DNA of 64,000 bases. It comes from Rhina ancylostomus (Eukaryota). The notes beneath the pieces were generated by a model, which was not told the DNA's origin, searched no databases, and saw nothing but the letters and a program-made list of their open reading frames with translations. Both the position numbers and the translations under genes were made by a program. Location of the stretch: NCBI GenBank assembly GCA_030265395.1, contig JARFYF010000063.1, forward strand, positions 21,979,172 to 22,043,171. Direction: 5' to 3'. Of the stretch, positions 62,101 to 64,000 are shown one piece after another. Position 1 is the stretch's first letter. Every line of letters starts with the position of its first letter.

Positions 62101-62719
62101 TTCACCTGCTTGGCATGGGGTTCAACTTGGTCAGAGCAGAAAATGCAAAGATCTTGGCCACTGTTTTGGTGCTTAGATTTGGGGGTGGTGCCATAGGACC
62201 TCAAATATTACACCATTAGGAAAAAAGAAAGCAGAGGTTTCAACTTGGCATCTGTAGGCTGATCAGAATAACTTCAGTGATAGGGAAGACTTTAGAGACC
62301 ATAACACTGGGTAAGATTAATTCACACATGGAAAATTATGAGCTATTAAATACATGTGTTTGTTAATAGTAAATCATGTCTGATTAACTTTATTGAGTTT
62401 TAATCAGAAGGAACAGGAAGACTGTATATGATCTATTTATGACAGAGAGCTTATAATAAAGTGCAGCTTGATAGGCATTGGCAACTGAACACATGAAAGT
62501 AAAGGGACAATGGATATAAAACTCGCTAAGAGAGAATGCAGAGAATATTTGCTGATTGTTGTTTCTCTCAGAGGGAAGGAAGTGTGCATTGATAACCCTA
62601 GGCATCAGAGTTGAGAGTGCTGCTCTTTTTGATGACTTATATTTCATGTTTAGGGCATAATTTCAATGATTGTAGCTGAAATAAACCTGAGAAATATTAT
62701 GACGAGTGGGAAAGATAGT

Positions 62720-63300
62720 AATAGAGGTAAAAAAGGACAAAGTCAGGCGAAGGACATGAGATAGATAAAGTTTAGCCGAGAGTACAAGTGGTAGATGGAA
62801 TAAGGAGGAGTGATATTAAGTTATCAAATTTTAAAGGAATGCAAGAACAGTGAGACTTGGTATGTACATCTGCACAACTCTTGGAAAGCATCAGATCATG
62901 TTATAAAAACAGCTTTGGCTACAGAGCAATAAAATACAAAAGCAAGGAAGTTACACTAAACTTGTAAATCACAGGTTAGGCCATTGGTGTATTGCACTGC
63001 TTTCTGGATGCCACACCATTGGCAGGTCATCCAAGTCTAGGGGAGGGTGAAGTAAAGATTTATTAGAATGGTTCCAGAGTGAGAGACTTGAGTTATGTGG
63101 ACAGACTGCGGAGGCAGATATTGTTCTCATTAGAGCAGAGAAGGTAAAGGAGATTTCAAAAAGTTATCCAAAACTATGTATGGTTTTGATGGAATAAATG
63201 AGGGGAAACTGTTTTCAGTGCAAAAGAATTGGTAACTGAAGGACAACGTCACATGGTGATTGGCAAAAAACCAAAGGCAACATGAGGAAAGAGTGAAAAC
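62720..63300 (+). mobile_element. Old CR1 LINE fragment
   Basis: aaatacaaaagcaaggaagttacactaaacttg...gttaggcc...tttattagaatggttccag...ttctcattagagcagagaagg. Confidence 0.75.
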
Positions 63301-63874
63301 AAACTGAACAGTAATACTTCCAAATAGAACTCAATACAGGCCGTCCCCCGTTTATAGACATCCACAAGTCTATTTTGTCCATCAGCCAGAAAATACACTA
63401 AATTGCTCAGTATGATAACTGTACCCCCACAGTATTGAAATAAATGGTGTTGACGAGGGCCAATTAATATGAACATTTATTTATTGTCTTCCCCTGCCTA
63501 GTTCAAATGGTACAGAATTAGGATGTCCCGAGCTCAATGGTTGGTTTTGATGGGCTTGAAGTATCAGTAGATGTAACATTGTTTAATGAGTATCATTGTG
63601 CAAGTATCAACAGAAGCAATTGCTTATCAATTTCCAAAACAACTCTCTTAAGTGGCCTCCCATGGTGAAACTGGTGGCCTGTATTCTTATGAGACAATGG
63701 TGTCTGATTACTGCGGGGAGGTTACATCTAAAGACTGGTTCTCATTTGAATTTAATATTTATGGGAGCTCGTTCATATCTACAGGTATCCATAAGTCGGG
63801 TGTTTGTAACCCAGAGAGACCCTGTAAACATTATTATTATAAAATACGTATATTTAAAATATTTAACTCTTGAG

Positions 63875-63990
63875 TAAGACTTACATGTTTAAAGGAAGGG
63901 GCAGAAGTATGGGGCAACCAAAGGGCAATCTGGACATATGCACAGTGGGTTAAATGGGCCTGTGCTGTGCTATGCTTCCATTATACTGTA
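63875..63990 (+). mobile_element. CR1-type 3' tail
   Basis: gtgggttaaatgggcctgtgctgtgctatg. Confidence 0.5.
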
Positions 63991-64000
63991 CCATGCTAAT

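Noticed and set aside
1-64000. CRISPR array, tRNA/rRNA genes, prokaryotic operon or viral insert
   Set aside because: No regularly spaced repeat-spacer array; tRNA-like boxes belong to SINE heads; no gene-dense segment

Overview
Eukaryotic, AT-rich, CpG-depleted DNA from a gapped draft assembly (14 N-runs). The repeat landscape points to a cartilaginous fish, probably an elasmobranch (inference): CR1, L2 and RTE LINE remnants, V-SINE, Deu-domain SINE, Penelope-like elements (PLEs), Harbinger Myb remnants and solo LTRs. There is no prokaryotic content and no CRISPR array, and nearly all listed ORFs are spurious, gap artefacts or TE relics. One credible host coding exon lies on the minus strand (ATG 11640 to donor 11428, 71 codons). 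From memory it resembles the first coding exon of the long ANKFN1 isoform; this is not database-verified. The sequence upstream of it looks like a regulatory gene desert with several repeat-free, motif-dense blocks that resemble conserved non-coding elements (CNEs). The most notable structure is about a dozen PLE terminal repeats, several carrying a recognisable minimal type-I hammerhead ribozyme core. Some are arranged as short inverted pairs, and their cores appear to be eroded mostly by CpG decay. Repeat boundaries were read by eye and are approximate.
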